A stretch of 64,000 nt of DNA from Selaginella moellendorffii (Eukaryota; Plantae; Lycopodiophyta): NCBI RefSeq assembly GCF_000143415.4, contig NW_003314291.1:108674-172673 (forward strand), given 5' to 3'. Position 1 is the first letter of the stretch. Every line of letters begins with the position of its first letter. The notes under the pieces are model-generated. The model ran no database searches and was not told where the DNA came from. It saw nothing but the letters and a program-made list of their open reading frames with translations. This document shows, piece after piece, positions 51,421 to 63,405 of this stretch. The position numbers and the translations under genes are program-made.

Positions 51421-53136
51421 TCATCTGCAAAGCTCCTCGAGAGTATCATACAATGGAGAAGCAGCATTTGGTTGTGGCACGGATCCAAACAAGATATCCT
51501 TAGCTGTAACGCAGTTGTCCCCATAAAACGCACTATTCATTGCTTTGCGTGTTGCCACAACATTGCCTTCCAGAGAACATCCCAAGAACACACCTGTATA
51601 TGCAATGCAAAAGCTTGGCTAAAGAGCTCCAAATGTCACGACATACCTCTGCTGCAGCTATAAGTGTAACAAGCAGCCACACCTCCATCTCCAGTTCGCA
51701 AGTCGGCCTCGGCAACACGACCAACAGGTCCGGCAGCAACGCTGACTCCCGCTCCAATCGACAAATGAACGCGTCCTCCAAAAGCTTTCACTGTTGAATC
51801 GTTGCGCAGGACAATGATAAAGTCCGTGAGCTCCCCACCAAACTGAAAAAAAAAAAAACACGATCATGGAAGAAAAGCATGAAGAACAGACCAAAGAAAA
51901 ACAAAAGGAAAGGTCGCTTGCTTTACCTGTAAACCCCATCCCATGCCACACGAAGCAATCGCCGAGGGAGCTGACCAAGTGTTGTTCTGGAGACGAGCAA
52001 CCAAGAGCCCTGTGCCGACCTTGTAAGTAACACCCATGCCGGCTTTCACAACAGTGAGGATGGCTAGTCCCTTGGCATTCTTTAGAACCGTTGCTGGTAT
52101 AGTTCTCTCTGGTGCCAGCCTTCCAGCCTGATCGCTACATAAGTCTTGTAGAAAAAAGGAAGTAAGGCAGTGCGTACCTTGAGAAAATGCCGGAGTGTAT
52201 TCGTTGCCTTGTAGATTTCGTGCTCCATGGAGAGTCCCAGAGGACTATTCAGCCACGATCTCAAGCAGCTAGCGTCCGTGACGTCGTGAGTAGCAGTCTG
52301 GAAGGCATGGCTGACTTGAAGAGCAAGCAGCGTCTGCCCCGGTTCCAAGGCGCTTGCACAAGTGTCACACACTCGCTGAGGCTCCCGGACTCTAAACTTC
52401 GATGGCAGCAAGCTCCGCGCACTCGAGCAGCGGCCGCAGAAGATCTGGCCGCAGAACCGGCAGTGGTGGCGGCCACAGCTGAGAGCCTTGAAGCTGGTGG
52501 AGCACTGCATGCACGAGGTGGCGGAGCTGTCCGGGAGCCACTCCGGGGGCTCGGCCTCAAACACGGCCTTCATGACTTGGACGTCCTCGAGGAAGCTCGT
52601 CATTGCGTAGAGGCTCTGCTTCCTCCGGCTTTTCTTTGCTTCGCTTCTCCGGCCCGCCACCATCTTTCTCATTGTGGTGAAGAGCGCGCCGAGCTTCTTG
52701 TCCGGCGAGACGCTCACGCGGTCGCATCCATTCTCGTAGAGACCCTTCTCGTAATCGTCGATGTCCATGGGTGGCACGGACACCGGCACCCATTCCTCGA
52801 TCTCTTTGCAGAGGGGGCACAGTAATGGATGCGAGGAAAACGTTTGAGCCTGCCAGAAACATACATCACTGATCACTCTAGTGGACAATTCTCTCGAAAG
52901 AATCAAAAGAACTCTACCTTTCGCAAGCACTCCAGGCACAAGCTATGCCCGCAAGAGAGCGAGACCGGCCCTCCCCACATCACAAGGGATTCCTTACAAA
53001 CCGCGCAATTTGGGGGAAATCTCTCGTACCCCGCCGCAATCGGATCATCGTCCTCCTCCTCGTCATACACAGGCATCGCGGCAAAAAGATCCTCCGCCTG
53101 GTCGCATTGCCGATCCACCGGGGAACCCAGCTCCAT
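51421..53136 (-). CDS. RING + FYVE + SYLF/Ysc84 domain protein (CFS1/FYVE2-like), multi-exon
   Basis: N-terminal CAVC..CGHSLCLEC..CPLC; FYVE WLPDS..CMQC..RHHCRFCG..FC..C..RVCDTC; SYLF GTGLLVAR..WSAPSAI..GWGLQ/FGGELTDFIIVLR..AAGPVGR; ends ILFGSVPQPNAASPLYDTLEELCR*. Confidence 0.88.
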
Positions 53137-53218
53137 TCAAGAACCCTAAACTCCCGCCAAGAGCCCTAAAATTTCTTTTGAGTTTTATTTTAGGTATGCC
53201 CTGTTTGGGCATGAATGA

Positions 53219-55039
53219 ATGCTCGGGCGATGGCGCCACGCTGCCGCGCGCCGCCGGATTCTCCATACCAGCGCGGCCGCCAGGTACTTCCTCTCGACAG
53301 CGATCTCCGATCAGAGCTCGCTGGAGGAGCTGGAAGCCCTGATTTCCAAGCTGGAGCGCGGCGAGGCAAATGCAACGCTGGAGGAGTACGCCGTACTGCT
53401 CAAGCACTGCGCCAACGCGAAATCTCTGCTGCTCGGCTGCCGCGTCCACGAGAATCTGGCAAGCAATGGCCACATCCCGGGCAGGTACCTGCGAAATCTC
53501 ATCATCGAGATGTATGGCAAATGCGGCAGCCCCGGCAAAGCTCTGGCAGTCTTCCAGACGATCCTCAACCCCAACGTCTTCTCCTACACGATGCTCCTCC
53601 TCGCCTATGGCCAGAATAGGATGGAGAAGGAGGCGCTGGAAGCTTTCAAGCTCATGGATCTGGATGGCGTTTTTCCCAGCGAGGTAACTTTCATGAACGC
53701 GCTAGCAGTGTGCTCGAGGCTGGGAAATCTCCGCGACGCGAGAGCTCTCCACTGCTGCCTGGTTGGAAGTGGGATGGAAGAGAGCGTCGTGCTCCAGACC
53801 GCCGTGTGTAGCATGTACACTGGATGCTCGCGGCTCGACCTCGCAAAGCAAGTCTTCAACCAGATGGTGGAGAGGTCTGTAGTGACTTGGAATGCGATGC
53901 TCACGGCTTACGCTCGTAATGGTCTAGGCAGGGAAGCGATGGAGCTCTTCTGGAGGATGGAGCAGGATGGATCCAAGGCGGACCACGTAACTTTCCTATG
54001 CTTGATCGAGATCAGCGAGGTGCTGGGCGATCTAGAACAGGTACCGAGAGTCCAGCAGCGTGTTCACGAGATGGGATATGACTCGACTCTCTCTGTCCAG
54101 ACGTGTATCCTCAGCTTCTACGGCAAGCACGGCAACATCCGCGACGCGAGAAGCTTGTTTGAGGCACTGGAAACGAGGAACTCCGTGTGCTGGAACGCGA
54201 TAATTGGGATCTACGCGCAGCACGGGTTTGGAGAAGAGGCTATGGCGCTCTACCAGAGGATGAAGGCCGAGAAGGTGGTGAAGCCGGACGAGGTTACTTT
54301 CATCAACGTTCTCAACGCCTGTGCCAACCTCGGGGAGCTGAGAATCGGGAAGATGGTCCACGAGGACATCTCCTACCATGGCCTGGATGGAGATATCATC
54401 CTTCTCAACGCGCTGCTCAACATGTATGGACGGTGTGGAAGCTTGAAGCTGGCGAGAGAGGTCTTCGACAGTATGAGCCCGAGGATTGGGAGCTCCTGGA
54501 CGGTGATGATGACGCAGTACGCGGAGCACGGGCAGGGACTGGTTGCTCTCGACTTGTTCCGGGACATGCACATCGAGGGGCTCAAGATGGACGACATAAC
54601 TTTCGTCATCATCCTCTCGGTTTGCAGCCACCTTGGGCTTCTCCGCGAGGGACGAGATCTGTTCGTGTCTCTCCAGCAGGACTTTGGCATCCATTACCTG
54701 AGCGAGCACTATGGCTGCGTCGTGGATCTGCTTGCTCGTGCCGGGATGCTGGATGTGGCCGAGGAGTTTTTGGAGCGGCTTCCTGCGATGCAGTTCTCTC
54801 CGGTTCACTGGACTTCGCTGCTCACCTCTTGCCGAGCTCACGGCGATGTGGAGCGAGGGACGAGAGCTGCTATGCTGCTGTTTGAGCTGGATCCCCAAGA
54901 CAGTGGAACGTACGCCATCCTGGAGCAGCTGTACACGAACGCTGGCCGGTGGGACGATCTGGCCGAGCTGGCGAAGATTATGCGAGCCAGGGGAATACGC
55001 TTGCGAGCTCCTCCAGTGGAAGAAGACCTTTTCGGCTAA
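53219..55039 (+). CDS. PLS-class pentatricopeptide repeat protein with E domain (606 aa, intronless)
   Basis: Repeated MYGKCG / VTWNAMLTAYARNG / PDEVTFINVLNAC motifs; EHYGCVVDLLARAG; WTSLLTSCRAHGDVERG. Confidence 0.93.
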   Translation: MLGRWRHAAARRRILHTSAAARYFLSTAISDQSSLEELEALISKLERGEANATLEEYAVLLKHCANAKSLLLGCRVHENLASNGHIPGRYLRNLIIEMYGKCGSPGKALAVFQTILNPNVFSYTMLLLAYGQNRMEKEALEAFKLMDLDGVFPSEVTFMNALAVCSRLGNLRDARALHCCLVGSGMEESVVLQTAVCSMYTGCSRLDLAKQVFNQMVERSVVTWNAMLTAYARNGLGREAMELFWRMEQDGSKADHVTFLCLIEISEVLGDLEQVPRVQQRVHEMGYDSTLSVQTCILSFYGKHGNIRDARSLFEALETRNSVCWNAIIGIYAQHGFGEEAMALYQRMKAEKVVKPDEVTFINVLNACANLGELRIGKMVHEDISYHGLDGDIILLNALLNMYGRCGSLKLAREVFDSMSPRIGSSWTVMMTQYAEHGQGLVALDLFRDMHIEGLKMDDITFVIILSVCSHLGLLREGRDLFVSLQQDFGIHYLSEHYGCVVDLLARAGMLDVAEEFLERLPAMQFSPVHWTSLLTSCRAHGDVERGTRAAMLLFELDPQDSGTYAILEQLYTNAGRWDDLAELAKIMRARGIRLRAPPVEEDLFG

Positions 55040-55140
55040 AGCTCGGTTCGTGGTTAGTTTCTTTGTTCTCGTCCAACTAATCAGGATAGTTTTTCCAGGT
55101 TGATTGGAACTGGCCTGCATGGAAGTTGTGCAATGAGCAG

Positions 55141-57602
55141 ATGAGAGCGGTGCACTGCGCAACACAGTGGATCAACAAACAAAGAAGGTTCTCGGCACTA
55201 GTGCGAGAGCTCCACCAGCTTGTCCACGAGCTAGAGCAATCCAAGACTGTTCCCAGCGAGTCAGTTTACATCGATCTCTTGATACGTTGCGGGGAGGCAA
55301 ACGCAGCTGCCGAAGGGAGGCGAGTGTTTGCCCACTACGCACTCGCAGAAAATGGCAAGTCATCGACGAGGCTTCGAAACCGCTACATCAGCATGCTGGG
55401 AAAGTGTGGCTGCACCGAAGAAGCCCGGCGAGAGTTTGACAGCATTGAGGACAAGGATGCTTTCTCCTGGAACATCATGATAACGGCTTATGCCCAGTCC
55501 GGGCATAACTTCCAGGCACTGGGTCTCTTGTGGGTGATGGACTTGGAAGGCAAGAAGCCAAGCTACATCACTTTCATCTCCATCCTTCGGGCCTGTAGCT
55601 GTGAAGAGCTCATAGCTCATGGGATCCGAGTTTACAATCGGGCAGTGGCGGAGGGACTGGAGTCTCACGTCAGGCTGGCTACCGCAGCTCAGAGCATGTT
55701 TGGGAGATGTGGGATGGTTCAAGACGCCAGGAGACTGTTCGAAGCCGTCGAAGTGAGGGATATCATAGCCTGGAACTCGATGATCTCGGCCTATGCTCAG
55801 TGCGGTCACCTCGACGAAGTTGTGCTGCTGTTTAGAAGGATGGGACTGGAGGGTGAGAAAGCTTCCAAGGCAACGTTGGTCAGTGTGCTGGATGCTTGCA
55901 CAAGAAAGAAGAACTTGGCGATGGGTCGGCTGGTACATCGCTGTGTTTCCGAGAGCAAGCTGGCACAAGATGTTATGGTGGTGACGTGCTTGGTTAGCAT
56001 GTATGGGAAATGCGGTAGCTTTCGAGACGCCATGTCCGCTTTCCAGAGCTTGTGCTCTCCGGATTTGGTTGCCTGGAACGCGATCATACAGGCTTGCAGC
56101 GAGCACGAGAAACACAGGGAGGCGTTTCAGATGTTCGCGAAGCTGGATTGCGAAGGCCACACACCGAGCGAGAGCACCTACATGAGTATAATCAACGCGT
56201 GCTCGACCTCAGCGGCAGCTTTACATGGAGAAGCTATCCATGGCCTCCTCGAGTGCTCGAACTCATTCTCCGACCTCGTCAAAGGTGCGCTCGCGAAGAT
56301 GTACATCAAGTGTGGCAAGCTGGAACAGGCCAGGTACGTGTTTGAGCAGCAGAGTTTCAAGGATTTGATCTCGTGGACGTCAATGATCGTGGCTTATGCG
56401 CAGAATGGAGACGATGCTCAAGCGATGCTTATGTTTCACAGGCTTGACTTGGAAGGCTTCAAGCCGGATCGGGTGACTTTTCTCGGTGCTCTAGACGGCT
56501 GCTCGAGTCTAGCGGAAGGGAAGCAGCTCCACGCTCGTCTTTTGGAAACGGTTCACGTCACGGACATGCAAGCTACAGCTCTCATTTGCATGTATGCAAA
56601 GTGTGGGAGCTTTGAGGATGCCAGGGAAGTCTTCGAGAGGATGAGCAGCAAAACCAACACCTCTGCCTGGACTGCCATGACCGCAACGTGTTCCCAGCAC
56701 GGGAAGCACAAAGAGGCAGTGCAAACATTCCAGCAGATGGAGCTGGAAGGTTTGAGAGCCAACGAGATCACCTTCATCAGCGTTCTCGACGCTTGTGCCA
56801 GCGCTTCAAATCTAAAGCAGGGAAGACTGATCCACCAGAGGCTAGTTTCCAGCGGCTACTCGGCTGACGAGTTTATCAGCAACTCCATCGTCAACATGTA
56901 CGGGAGGTGCGGGAGCCTGAAAGAAGCGAGAGGAGAGTTTGAGGTGATGCCCGTGAAGAACATGGTTACCTGGAGCACACTCGTCGGTGCTTACGCTCAA
57001 CACGGCCACATCGAGGAGGCAAAGCAGCTCTTTTTCCTCATGCAGCTGGATGGCTTCGACCCCGACGACGCGATCTTTGTAAGCGTGCTCTCGGCGTGTA
57101 GCCACGCAGGACTAGTCGAAGAGAGCAGGAGTTTGTTCATCTCCATGGCTGGTAAGTTGTGCTTCGTTCTTGTCTCTTCCAGACTGACTGGTTTTGCTTT
57201 CTTTGTATAGGGGACTATGGAGTTAGCTTTGGAAACGAGCACTATGGTTGCTTCCTCGACGTTCTGGGAAGAGCAGGACGTTTGGAGGACGCCGAGGATA
57301 TGATTTGCAACATGCCGTTTGAGCCGAGTGGAGCACAGTGGCTGAGCCTCATGTGTGCCTGCAAAACGCACAGCGACATCGCTCGAGCACTGCGGGTGAC
57401 AAACTACATCAACCATTTCGCTCCAGACAAGAAGACGCAGTCGTGCATGCTCCTGTCCAACACGTACGCTGCCTGGGGGCTATGGGCCGACGCCGAGAGG
57501 GTCCGTGCCATCGGCCTTGCTACTCGGGCAGGAGACGAGAGAGCGCTCGAAGAGTTTTTCGAGGAACTCGAACTCGAACAAAAAGCAGCTGCCGAGACAT
57601 GA
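55141..57602 (+). CDS. PLS-class PPR protein with E domain (exons 55141-57151, 57211-57602)
   Basis: PLS repeats; a 59-nt GT-AG intron joins SMA-G-DYG in frame; EHYGCFLDVLGRAG and LLSNTYAAWG. Confidence 0.9.
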
Positions 57603-58272
57603 TGACAAGTTTCAGGACTTCTCCATTGCGAGAACAATGCCAGGGAGCTGCTGCGCTCCAAATTCTCTCGACAGCATCGTCGACCCGGGAAACGAAACGG
57701 TGACGTAGGTGTTGTAGGGGTGACGCGGCCATCCTTGGCGGTCCAGATGTGAACCCAGTAGCTCGCCACCTCGGCCTTCGACCACTGTCGCCACCACCGA
57801 CGGCGTTTGACGTTCCAGACCTCTGAGGTGTCAAAACTATATAGCTGTGGACGTAGATCCAAAAGCGCATCACGTAAAGTTGTCACGCGATCTTGATCAA
57901 ACCTCGGCGAGCAGGACTTTTGGTACAGATATGGAGATTTCTCCTCTGCTCCTCAAAAGCCGTGAAAAGTTCGAAGACTTGGAGAAAGAACAGCTGCTTG
58001 TCGTTTACTTGACACGCTCAAAGCTGCCTCACATTGGTTATCTTCAGAATCTAATCGTCTGGAAAAGGTTGTTACAGACGAAACCAAAACTTACTTATCA
58101 AGATGGAACTAGACTTGTGCCTGCTTGCATACATTCGATCAGTTTTCGAAAACGAAGCTTGGTCATACCTGGGATCTCATGACGTAACTTGTGATCACGC
58201 GATCTCGATCGTGAAGACTTTTTCCAGATCTTCCGCCTGTTGTCTCTTGCGTAATGTTTAAAAACTCTCTTA

Positions 58273-60669
58273 TCAAAACTTGGAAAACTGCCGCTTGTCG
58301 TCTTCGCGTCGTTTCCCGTAAGGATTACTTGCGCCAAACTTGTGCCCGGAACTCTTCCTCTCCTTGCCTTGTTTGCGAAACTTGGCGGCGCTGCTATCGA
58401 TGCTGAGATTGTTTATCTTTGGTGGACAGCTAAAGCCAAAGGACGCTGCGACTGCCTGCAAAGTTTTGCAAACGAGCACTTACGTGCACAACAGAGAAAG
58501 CTTTAGAAAAAAATACCTGTAAGTCAAGCCTGTGGACGTTGAAGGCATCTTTCATGGCATGCGAATTGTACGCCATGATATACGACCTGTATGCGTCGCG
58601 CGCTGACCTGTGAAGATTATAATTTTTGCCTATCAGGTTTTCCTGCCAAGAAGTTTGAACATATAGGTTAAAATCCATCTTTTCCATCGTCTTCTTACCA
58701 GCTGCGATTGCACATTCGCGATCTTATTTTCTGGAAACATGTATTCATTTAGAGGGACCTTCGCCATCTGAAACACAACAGAGATTCTAGACGAATGCAC
58801 GCAGGAAGATCAATATCTCACCGTGAGATAACGTTTAAATCCCAGCTCCTCTGGGGTTAGAAACAGTAAAGCTCGTCCACGACCGCTCTCACCTCTCGCA
58901 GTACGACCAACTCTGTGAATATATTCCTGTCGTAAAAACAATTTAGAGAAGAAAAAAGTTAACGCTCGTTTACCTTTGGATCATCCGGAGGGTCGTATTG
59001 GATAATCCAGTCCTGCAGGAGAGATTGAATACAGACAATTACAGGAAGGTTTTGGAAAAACTTACCACAGCCGGTATATCAAGGCCACGAGCAGCAACAT
59101 CGGTACAAAGAAGTATACCCTTCTCCGCATTGCAGAACTCAAAGTACGTGTTAGTGCGCTTTTGTTGCTTTTGTTTGCCATGAATATCAAGGCATGGTAT
59201 ATCGATGAAGTTTAGAAGTTCCCCGTGGAATTTCACTGAATTGCAAGAGGAAAAGAACACCATAACCTGCAAAAATAAATGGCTAAGTGATGTGTTCCGT
59301 TTAGTCCAAAGAATACCTTTTTCTTGAGGTTCTTTTTCAAGAACGTAAACAGAAGAAGGAACCGCTTGTCGGTCTTCACAACACAGTAGCCCTGTTCCAA
59401 GCCTTCTACTGTAGCCTGTAAAGAGTGACCTTTCAGGACTTCTTTAACAACATGAGTTTAATACCTTGCTTCTCTCATCGTCCACTCCGATGTATATAGG
59501 AGCTTTCTTGAAAGAAAGTTTGGCCAAGTCTTCCACCTAAGCTTCCAAGAAATACAGATTAGAATCTTCTTAGCTGTTATGGCTACTGCTTACTTTTGTC
59601 GTTTGAGTGGCAGAAAAAAGGACAGTTTGTCGCTCCTGCATGAAATTCTTGTGACACCCAAAGATACAGTACCCATGCTTACTTTCGGTAGGAGCTTGAT
59701 GATCTGTTTCATATCCTCCTCAAAGCCAATTTCCAAGATGCGATCTGCCTCGTCAATCACAAGGCACTGACAGAAAAGTAAGAGAGAATACCACAATAGT
59801 AATAAAAAAAGAAACTAACCTGCAAATTCTTGAACAGAAAACCCTTCGTGTTTTGAAGATGATCCAGAAGCCTTCCTGGAGTAGAAACGAGTAGATTCAC
59901 TCCTTTCTTCAACGCTTCTGCCTCTACGTTTCGTTTCACTCCTCCCATAACAATCCCGTGGGTTTGGCTATGGTGTTTCATCAACTTCCTCGCAACTCCA
60001 TATATCTATCCAGAAAAAAAGCTTTAGAAACCCGTAAGAAAGCTGGAAGAATCCTTACTTGCATCGCCAGCTCTCTCGTAGGAGATATGATCAAAACGCC
60101 AGTTCCATTCCGTGGCATGAAACGAGCATGGTAGAGTAGCTCCACAGCCGGAACCAGAAAAGCAAGCGTTTTGCCGGAGCCAGTCCTTGCGGCTCCGAGA
60201 ACATCTCGTCCCTTGAGCAGCTCTGGGATTGATCTCGATTGAATCTACAAAAGAAAAAGCTTTGTCGCTAAGGAAGCAAGAAAAAGAAGAGAAAAAAGAC
60301 CTCAGTCATGTTCGTGAACCCGATCTCTGCAATCGCATTCTTCGTAGGCTCCGACAGTGGCAGCGCTCCAAACTTCATGCTGCTCATCATACCATTCACA
60401 AGCACAGTGCCTTCCACCACCTCCGGATCCTTCGCAACCTCCTCCGACTCCAAATCCCTCTCATCCTCCTCAACCTCCTCTCCAATTCCCTCCCCATTTT
60501 CCTTCTCAATTCCAGGCTCTAGAATCCCGCCCTGCTCCTCCTGTCCCTTCTTCCTCTTCCTCACCCTCTTCCTCGACGCATTCTCCCGCGTACCTGCAAT
60601 CTTCGTCTCGATCCTCTTGAACGCTCCCTTCCTCGCCTTGAGCGCCTTGGGCGCGCCCGCCATCGCCAT
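58273..60669 (-). CDS. DDX18: DEAD-box RNA helicase of the HAS1/DDX18 (plant RH27/RH51) family, multi-exon
   Basis: [97 protein letters not shown]. Confidence 0.92.
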
Positions 60670-62144
60670 AGCTCCCTCCCAGAAAGCCCTAGGGCGAAAA
60701 ACCCCAGACAAGATCCCAGCCGTGGATCCCCGCCCGCGATCCAACGCCCCACAACAGCCGCAAGGGTAAGGAGGCGGCGAGGCGGAGCCGATAAGAGCGC
60801 TGACGTCAGCTCGCAATCGCGCCGCGTGTATTTTCCCACTGGTTGGGAACTACGCGGCGCCGCGACCCTTTGGCTTCGTGCAGGGCCACCGGGCAGCCAA
60901 CGTGTCCCACTGCCCGATGCCCCCGCTGCCCGCGGCAGTACTGCCCGTACGGACAGCGGTCCATTTAATAAATCAGTGTGTGGTCGGTGGCGCAACTCAA
61001 CGTATTCAGTACACAAGACCCTCCAATGTGACACGCTGACGCTACACATTCACGTTTCTTCCTCCGGGGTGGTAAAAATCGGCCATGATAGACAACAGCG
61101 CCACTGCATGCAACACGTGGCCTCGCAAAAGGTGGTGGAGCGTCTCTCTCTCTCTCTCTTTTCTAGGTTTAATACGCGCGAGTGCAACGTGTGTGATTTC
61201 TTTCCACCCCCGATTCCAAACCGCCAACCTCACAACTCTCCCTTCATACATTTCTATCAAGCACTGTAATTGATCAACTGGTGGATCAATTCTAAGCTTG
61301 GTGGTGGGGCGTTAACGCCTCGCAATTACGAGTGGCCAAGATTCCATTCCCACGAGTTCCACCGTTTCCCGGAAGGGCTTTTGGGCATAGCAAAGAGGCA
61401 AATAAAATAATACCCCTTTACAAAGTAAAAGGAAAAAAAGGAGGGAGGGGGCCACAAAATGCACACGCACTGCACCGGAATATTTTCTAGATGCACGACC
61501 CCTCCACGATTCCAGGGAATTGGGCCAGGGCTGAAATTTCCCCTCGTACGACACATGGGTACGGGCACCGGGCACCGGGCAGCCCGGGCAGGGCGGGCAG
61601 CGGGCAGCACCCCCTCTCCCATTTGAAGGGCCAAAGAGAAAGACGAGGAAGAAGAAGCTGTGTGCGCTGTGAGAGCTATCCCTCTCCTCGGCTATGGTGG
61701 CTTGTCTTTCTCTCCCTTGTTTGTGAGCTCTCCCCCGTCGTTTCCTCTGTTTTGTTGCGAGATCGATAGAGGATCCTCCGCAATATCCCATTTGGGCTCT
61801 CGATCGATCCAATCCCCCCTCTTTTCCATGCAAGGAATGCGAAGCGGGAGTGTCTAGTTTCTTGGTAGATCGATCGCCGCCGCCACCGCCACCGCCGATC
61901 CTTGCGTGGAATGCACGCTATCTGAGAAAATCGAAGCTGCAAGAGGAGGAGCTTGGAGAGGAGGAATTTCTTTCGCTTACAAGGTATGGACCGGTTGATT
62001 AGCTCCAAAGATCGGGCATCGGGAGCTCCGGCTCGTCGATTTGTTTGGTTGATAAGAAAGAATATATGAGGATCCATTGGCCTGATCCTTTGTGTGGTTT
62101 TTTTGGTTGTTTTTGTTCTTGGGCAGTGATTCGAGGAGGAGAGG

Positions 62145-63212
62145 ATGAGCTGCAATGGATGCCGAGTTCTTCGCAAAGGATGTAGCGATAGCTGCATTCT
62201 CCGGCCTTGCTTGCAGTGGATCGAAGGCCCCGAGGCGCAAGGCCACGCTACTGTCTTCGTCGCGAAGTTTTTCGGCCGCGCGGGCCTCATGAACTTCATT
62301 AGCGCTGTTCCAGAGAATCAAAGGCCAGGTAAGCTTCGCCGCCACCATGGTTTCTAGTTTCTAGCTTTGAATCACCGTTCCCCTTGGGTCCTTGGTTTCT
62401 AGCTCTCTTTCGTTTCTAGCTTGAATCACAGCTGCTTGGTTTCTAGCTTTGATCTTCTCCTTGGTTTCTAGCTTTCTCATCTCGTGTTCTTCTTTCGTGC
62501 AGCTCTTTTCCAGTCTTTGCTGTACGAGGCTTGCGGAAGAACCGTGAATCCGGTGTTTGGAGCGGTGGGATTGCTCTGGTCTGGAAGCTGGCACGTTTGT
62601 CAAGCGGCGGTGGAGACGGTCCTCAAAGGTGGGTCGCTCCAGGCCCTCAAGCAGCCGGGATCAAGCTCCATGAGCGGCGCCGCCACCGCCGCCGCCGCCG
62701 CTAACGCTGGTGCCACCACCCTCTTCCACCGCCACCACCACCACCAAACTCCAGGAACCCGGTCGCCAACCTCGGTCCTGGTAGACGCCATGGAATCACA
62801 CAAGCCACTCCAGCAGCCAGGAAGTGGAAGATACGTGGAGAGATCGCAGAGACCACTGGAAGTTGGCATCGATCATCGCGAGCAGCAAAGTGGAGTGAAG
62901 CGGGAGTTTGAGATCGTGGCTCCAGTCCCTCGCAGGATCCGTCCGAGGCAGCAGCAGCTACAGGAGGATCGTCATCCAGGTTTGAGCGTTGATGATCACC
63001 AGGTCTTGGACCTGGATCTCACACTGGGCTCTACTCCAAAGCATCAACACGAGGAAGAGCAGCGAGCTCTGACGATGGTGGAGACCAAGAGGGTGCACAG
63101 TCCCTGCCAGTCGATCACGTCCGAGGGATCCGTCACCAGCGTCGACACCGCCGACCTCAAGATCTCTCTCAGGCACGAGCGAGCGGCGCCGGCGAGATCA
63201 TTGTCAACTTAG
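62145..63212 (+). CDS. Class II LOB-domain (LBD37/38/39-like) transcription factor (exons 62145-62328, 62503-63212)
   Basis: [65 protein letters not shown]; EAR-like LDLDLTL. Confidence 0.92.
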
Positions 63213-63373
63213 ATGCGATGCGAGATCTTTCATCCATCATCGTCTAACTTCTCTCCTGCCAGCCTCTCACGCTCGAGCGAGCTACTATCGATCGGAGTTC
63301 CCAGAGTCTGGAGTTTGTTCCACGAAAGTTGGAAGAACGTCACGGCATTACTAATCTTGCGAGGTTTTCTATA

Positions 63374-63374
<1 letters not shown>

Positions 63375-63400
<26 letters not shown>
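63375..63400. repeat. (CT)n microsatellite
   Basis: Seen directly. Confidence 0.85.

Positions 63401-63405
<5 letters not shown>

Noticed and set aside
60700-62502. Hypoxia-responsive promoter element or Cys2 N-degron for the LBD gene
   Set aside because: No exact GCCVCYGGTTTY match seen, the protein starts MSC rather than MC, and it resembles the LBD37-39 group.
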